Position numbers and translations under genes: made by a program
The notes under the pieces: generated by a model
Seen by the model: the letters and a program-made list of their open reading frames with translations, nothing else
What the model was told of the DNA's origin: nothing
The model's database searches: none
Source of the DNA: a candidate division WOR-3 bacterium UBA3073
Lineage (GTDB): Bacteria; Hydrothermota; UBA3073
DNA: 49,047 bases
Reading direction: 5' to 3'
Assembly: GCA_002366725.1 (NCBI GenBank)
Contig: DFBT01000076.1
Coordinates: forward strand, 1-49,047
Part shown: positions 45,570 to 49,047 of the stretch, piece by piece
How positions within the stretch are numbered: position 1 is the stretch's first letter
Layout of the letters: the number at the start of each line of letters is the position of its first letter

Positions 45570-48287
45570 TTAAAGATCTACAGAAAATCCCAGGATTACA
45601 TGTCTCGGTGCGCAGTAAAAATCAGGTCTTATAAGATATTCTTCTAATGTGTTGATACCACGTACTACGCCGGGACTTGAAATTAGTGTATAACCAGCCC
45701 TGCCCGTGTCTGTATAGACATTCACCTCGTTCATTATATCAAACAGGTTATATACCTTAAGAAATAGGGAGAAATTCGATCCTATTAGTTTAAGATTGTA
45801 GTACGCTCTTAAATCAACATTATACTGAGGGGGTTTCCTTTCGCTATTTTCACGGGCGATGCGAATTCCTTCATGGGATGGTGTGTAGGGAAGTCCGGTC
45901 CCATATCTTCCTATAAGGCTAACTCCCCAAAACTGTGAATAGCCTATAGTTACAGCGCCGTTAAGGGTATGCATCTGATCCCAATCTAAAGGCACCAAGA
46001 ATTTTTCAGGTTCACGGTTTGCCAGGACATCCCAGAATACGGCATTGGGGTCTGATGCATTTCCTTTGGCAATTTGATAGGTATAGTCAAGCGAGGCGTA
46101 CAAGTATTGAGAATATCTACCCTCCAATGCAACAGTTATACCCCGCACATTACCATAGTCCCTGTTAATATATTGTGCATACTTACTTCCTATATAGGTT
46201 TCGTAAATCCTAATTCCCAAAAGATTCCTGATGTTCTTGAAGAAACCAGTCACATCAAGAGATATATTATCGCTCAATTGCTGCTGCAGGCCTATTTCAT
46301 ATATAACTGTTTTTTGGGGTTCCAGATCAGCATTCCCCATCCTGCTTGTAAGTCCAGCAGCATATACTTCGAATTCAGGATCAGTATATATATATTCAAA
46401 TGGAGGAATCTGGAAAAAGTGACCATACGAACCATGTAAAACCCCCCTATCGGTTATGGGATATGCTATTCCAATTCGAGGACTTATCTGGATCCTTGGC
46501 TCTACATCTTCAAACCATGGTTCACCTGTTACTCTTATAGGATTTCCCGGGTCATATGGATTAAGTGTATCTGGGTGTAAAGCATCTTTAGGATTGGGGT
46601 CACGGGGGTCAGTGGGAATTTTCCAATAGGGGTCGAAATAATCAAATCTAACACCGATATTGGCAATCATATTTTTAACCTCAATTTTATCCTGAATATA
46701 GGCGGCGACTTCAAATGGGTAGTTCGTGTACTTATTATGATTGGTGTAATTGATGGGAGGGATATAGGGTTCGAATGGGTGAATCTCCCTTCCTACCTCA
46801 TCCTTCTTGGGCACAATTTCAAACTCGTGAAGGAATAATTTATGTTTCCTCAGCTCTACACCCAGTTTTATCTGATGAGTATTGGTTACCTGGCTTGTGA
46901 TATCAAACTTTCCTATATATGATGTGGTATTTCTGCAAAAATACCGCATCTGGGTACCTCCAGTGCGGAATGCATAGTTACTTGCGTCTTGTAATCGTTC
47001 TGGATCAACATATCTTTTATCAAGAGAATCCTTATAAATGTATTGTCTGTAATCGTGAAAAGAATTTGCAAATTTAAGCTCAAAGAAGGTTTTTGAATTT
47101 ATGACATGATTCCAGTTGAATATATTTGAATAACCCCTATCGTATCGATTATAGTCACCGTCAGGGTTGTATTTAAAGGTATGGTCGTATGCGCGAAAAT
47201 CTCGGCTTTTCCACATCAGGTTGTAACTGAATCTGTCCCCGGGAGAAAGTCGGTAGGTAAATTTCCCATAAAGAGAATTCTTTAGAGTGGGGGCCATAGG
47301 CACCATTGAACTATCACCAGTTGCTCCTATGTACCACTCATCTGGATTGTCTTTTGAGAAATCACAGGAGTCAGAGGCGTTAAAAATTCTCTTACCAAAT
47401 AAGTATCCCTCGTTGTAATATCTCCTTGCTGTAGCATAAAAGGAAAGCTTCTTGCCAAAGATAGGGAAAGGACCACCAAGGGTGGTCTCAATATTGTAGG
47501 TGCTAAATGGATTTATGTGATCTATGTTCATATAGGTTTCAGTATGATTGCTGACATAATCCCCTGTATAAGTAGTGATGCGACCTGACAATTTATTGCC
47601 TCCCTCCCTTGTAACAATATTAACAACTCCCGACATCGCCTGTCCATATTCAGCATTAAAGGTCCCACTTATTACCTGTAATTCCTGGATGACACTGTTC
47701 TCAACATCTACTGCTGCCTCATGAGAGAAGGGATCGGTAATAGAGATGCCGTCAAGCATATACACCACTTCAGAACTCCTACCTCCACGAATGTGTCCCT
47801 CTACTACACCGGCCTGTAGATTAACCAAGTCTTGGAATCCCTCTACGGGCAATGCGTCTATCCTTTCGGCATCAACTACTGCACGGGTAGAAGTTAGGTC
47901 CATTTGAATGAGTTCTCTTTCAGCAACGACAGTGATACCTTCTGCTTCTATAACCGTCGGGTTGGGAGCGAAATCCATGGTGGTGGTAAAATCGACTGCA
48001 ACCTTTATATTTGTTATCTTTACCTCCTGATACCCCATCATTTTCGCAGTCACGGCGTATGTTCCTGGAGGAACATTTAATATCACATAGAAGCCATCAA
48101 GGTCGGAGGCATCACCCAGGGTGGTTTCTTCTACGATGATATTGGCAAAGGGCAGTGCTTCACCGGTCTGGGCATCGGTGACCCTACCGGCTAATTTCCC
48201 CGATGTGCCGGCCCATAAACAGGTGATGCCAGACAGAAGGCATACAATTAAAGAGAAAAACCTGATAAACCTACTTTTACTCTTCAC
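45570..48287 (-). CDS. TonB-dependent receptor with N-terminal carboxypeptidase-regulatory-like domain, copy 2
   Basis: I prefer the GTG at 48287 (VKSKSRFIRFFSLIVCLLSG), preceded by AAGGGGG. The track start at 48332 lies inside a hairpin. GKLAGRVTDAQTGEALPFANIIVEETTLGDASDLDGFYVILNVPPGTYAVTAKMMGY. TonB-box-like GITVVAER. Plug HIRGGRSSEVVYMLDGISITDP. Confidence 0.85.
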   Translation of the reverse strand: MKSKSRFIRFFSLIVCLLSGITCLWAGTSGKLAGRVTDAQTGEALPFANIIVEETTLGDASDLDGFYVILNVPPGTYAVTAKMMGYQEVKITNIKVAVDFTTTMDFAPNPTVIEAEGITVVAERELIQMDLTSTRAVVDAERIDALPVEGFQDLVNLQAGVVEGHIRGGRSSEVVYMLDGISITDPFSHEAAVDVENSVIQELQVISGTFNAEYGQAMSGVVNIVTREGGNKLSGRITTYTGDYVSNHTETYMNIDHINPFSTYNIETTLGGPFPIFGKKLSFYATARRYYNEGYLFGKRIFNASDSCDFSKDNPDEWYIGATGDSSMVPMAPTLKNSLYGKFTYRLSPGDRFSYNLMWKSRDFRAYDHTFKYNPDGDYNRYDRGYSNIFNWNHVINSKTFFELKFANSFHDYRQYIYKDSLDKRYVDPERLQDASNYAFRTGGTQMRYFCRNTTSYIGKFDITSQVTNTHQIKLGVELRKHKLFLHEFEIVPKKDEVGREIHPFEPYIPPINYTNHNKYTNYPFEVAAYIQDKIEVKNMIANIGVRFDYFDPYWKIPTDPRDPNPKDALHPDTLNPYDPGNPIRVTGEPWFEDVEPRIQISPRIGIAYPITDRGVLHGSYGHFFQIPPFEYIYTDPEFEVYAAGLTSRMGNADLEPQKTVIYEIGLQQQLSDNISLDVTGFFKNIRNLLGIRIYETYIGSKYAQYINRDYGNVRGITVALEGRYSQYLYASLDYTYQIAKGNASDPNAVFWDVLANREPEKFLVPLDWDQMHTLNGAVTIGYSQFWGVSLIGRYGTGLPYTPSHEGIRIARENSERKPPQYNVDLRAYYNLKLIGSNFSLFLKVYNLFDIMNEVNVYTDTGRAGYTLISSPGVVRGINTLEEYLIRPDFYCAPRHVILGFSVDL

Positions 48288-48302
48288 TTTTACCCCCTTG
48301 CT

Positions 48303-48333
48303 ATTGCGGGGAGGGGTAACCCCTCCCCGCAAT
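48303..48333 (-). other. 14-bp GC-rich perfect hairpin between the CBM-like gene and TBDR copy 2
   Basis: ATTGCGGGGAGGGG taa CCCCTCCCCGCAAT. On the reverse strand it lies 11 nt after the stop at 48345 and 15 nt before the TBDR GTG at 48287. No U-tract follows. Confidence 0.6.
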
Positions 48334-48344
48334 ATTGTCCTCTA

Positions 48345-49047
48345 CTATCTCAGGATTAGCATCTTCTGTGTGCTCTGGAAATCATCGGTGGTCAGACGAT
48401 AGAAGTATATCCCATTCGCAACCCTGTTGCCATTCTCTGTTCTACCATCCCACCTTATGGTATAAAGACCAGCCATGTGTTTCTCGTCTACGAGAGTTAT
48501 AACCTTTCTCCCAAGAATATCATATATCGCCAGATTAGCATACGTATCCTTCGGTAGTTGATACCTTATGTTGGTCTCATGGACAAATGGATTGGGATAG
48601 TTCTGTAACAGTCTGGAGGATGCAATTTCATGGCCGTCTTCTTCTTCAATACCAACAACAACTGTAACATCTCTAATTTCGAAGTCGTCGTAATATACTG
48701 TTCCGGTGGGGAATGATGTGAATCTTGCCCTCATGGATACTCCGGCGGCATCCGAAGGAGACATCGCTACAACCTCATACTTTCTCCAATCCTCTGTTGA
48801 GTCGACCTGATCCATATAGAAGAAATTATCACCCAACCAGTTCCACGCATTATCGATTGGTGTACCGTGGAAGCCGACAGTAAAACCAATTCTATCGTCG
48901 TCTCTAATCTGACACCAGTTGCCTGGTAGATAGTGAGGATCGGTGTTGACATCGACCTTCTTCACCCATACAGAAAACAGGTACAGTTGATTTGGCTCGC
49001 AGGGATAGGGTATGGTGTAAAAGACGATCTCATCAGGCAGCGTATCT
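48345..49047 (-). CDS. partial CDS (N-terminus outside window): secreted carbohydrate-binding-module-like protein with T9SS type-A-like CTD
   Basis: The reading frame stays open from 48965 to the window edge (...DTLPDEIVFYTIPYPCEPNQLYLFSVWVKKVDV...). The jelly-roll-like region ends GTVYYDDFEI. C-terminus NYPNPFVHETNIRYQLP...IYDILGRKV...GIYFYRL...KMLILR. Confidence 0.7.
   Translation of the reverse strand, partial: DTLPDEIVFYTIPYPCEPNQLYLFSVWVKKVDVNTDPHYLPGNWCQIRDDDRIGFTVGFHGTPIDNAWNWLGDNFFYMDQVDSTEDWRKYEVVAMSPSDAAGVSMRARFTSFPTGTVYYDDFEIRDVTVVVGIEEEDGHEIASSRLLQNYPNPFVHETNIRYQLPKDTYANLAIYDILGRKVITLVDEKHMAGLYTIRWDGRTENGNRVANGIYFYRLTTDDFQSTQKMLILR

Noticed and set aside
27223-48332. The possibility that the two triads are an assembly artefact or a recent duplication.
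   Set aside because: Even the best-conserved C-terminal segments differ at roughly a quarter of nucleotide positions by eye, and the proteins differ in length and flanking genes. This is old paralogy.
1-49047. Search for CRISPR arrays, tRNA/rRNA genes, transposases, integrases, toxin-antitoxin or phage-defence genes.
   Set aside because: I saw no regularly spaced direct repeats, no tRNA T-loop or acceptor patterns, no rRNA-like segments, and no ORFs with recognisable recombinase, RT or nuclease signatures. This is a by-eye inspection only, so short or degenerate elements could have been missed.

Overview
This is a 49-kb window in which every gene I can support (about 34 CDS) lies on the minus strand.

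Left third (1-17.2 kb), housekeeping and envelope genes:
- a TauE/SafE exporter
- an ACC-deaminase/D-cysteine-desulfhydrase-family PLP enzyme
- a small OM beta-barrel
- thiamine salvage: tenA plus thiD fused to a SAM-methyltransferase domain
- the class I FBP aldolase fbaB
- an EamA/DMT transporter
- a frameshifted CBM9/DUF5916-type gene
- several small lipoprotein and membrane genes
- an extended skp(OmpH) followed by lpxD
- an isolated V-type ATPase subunit H/I pair

Right two thirds (17.6-49 kb), a large glycan-utilisation-like locus:
- two glucoamylase-family (GH144-like) proteins
- a GH94 phosphorylase
- a three-gene sugar ABC importer
- a LacI regulator with two cre-like operators
- four secreted proteins with T9SS type-A-like C-terminal domains
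- most notably, two paralogous copies of a triad: a TonB-dependent receptor, a ~1100-aa acidic Ca-loop protein of unknown function with a divergent C-terminal domain, and a PorV/PorQ (FadL-superfamily)-like OM barrel

I saw no rRNA, tRNA, CRISPR, transposase or integrase. Promoters look like canonical TTGACA-17-TAnAAT and Shine-Dalgarno sites are strong. Together with the T9SS-type signals, this suggests a non-Bacteroidia member of the FCB-type lineages (inference). All functional calls come from motif recognition by eye; no database search or computation was run.
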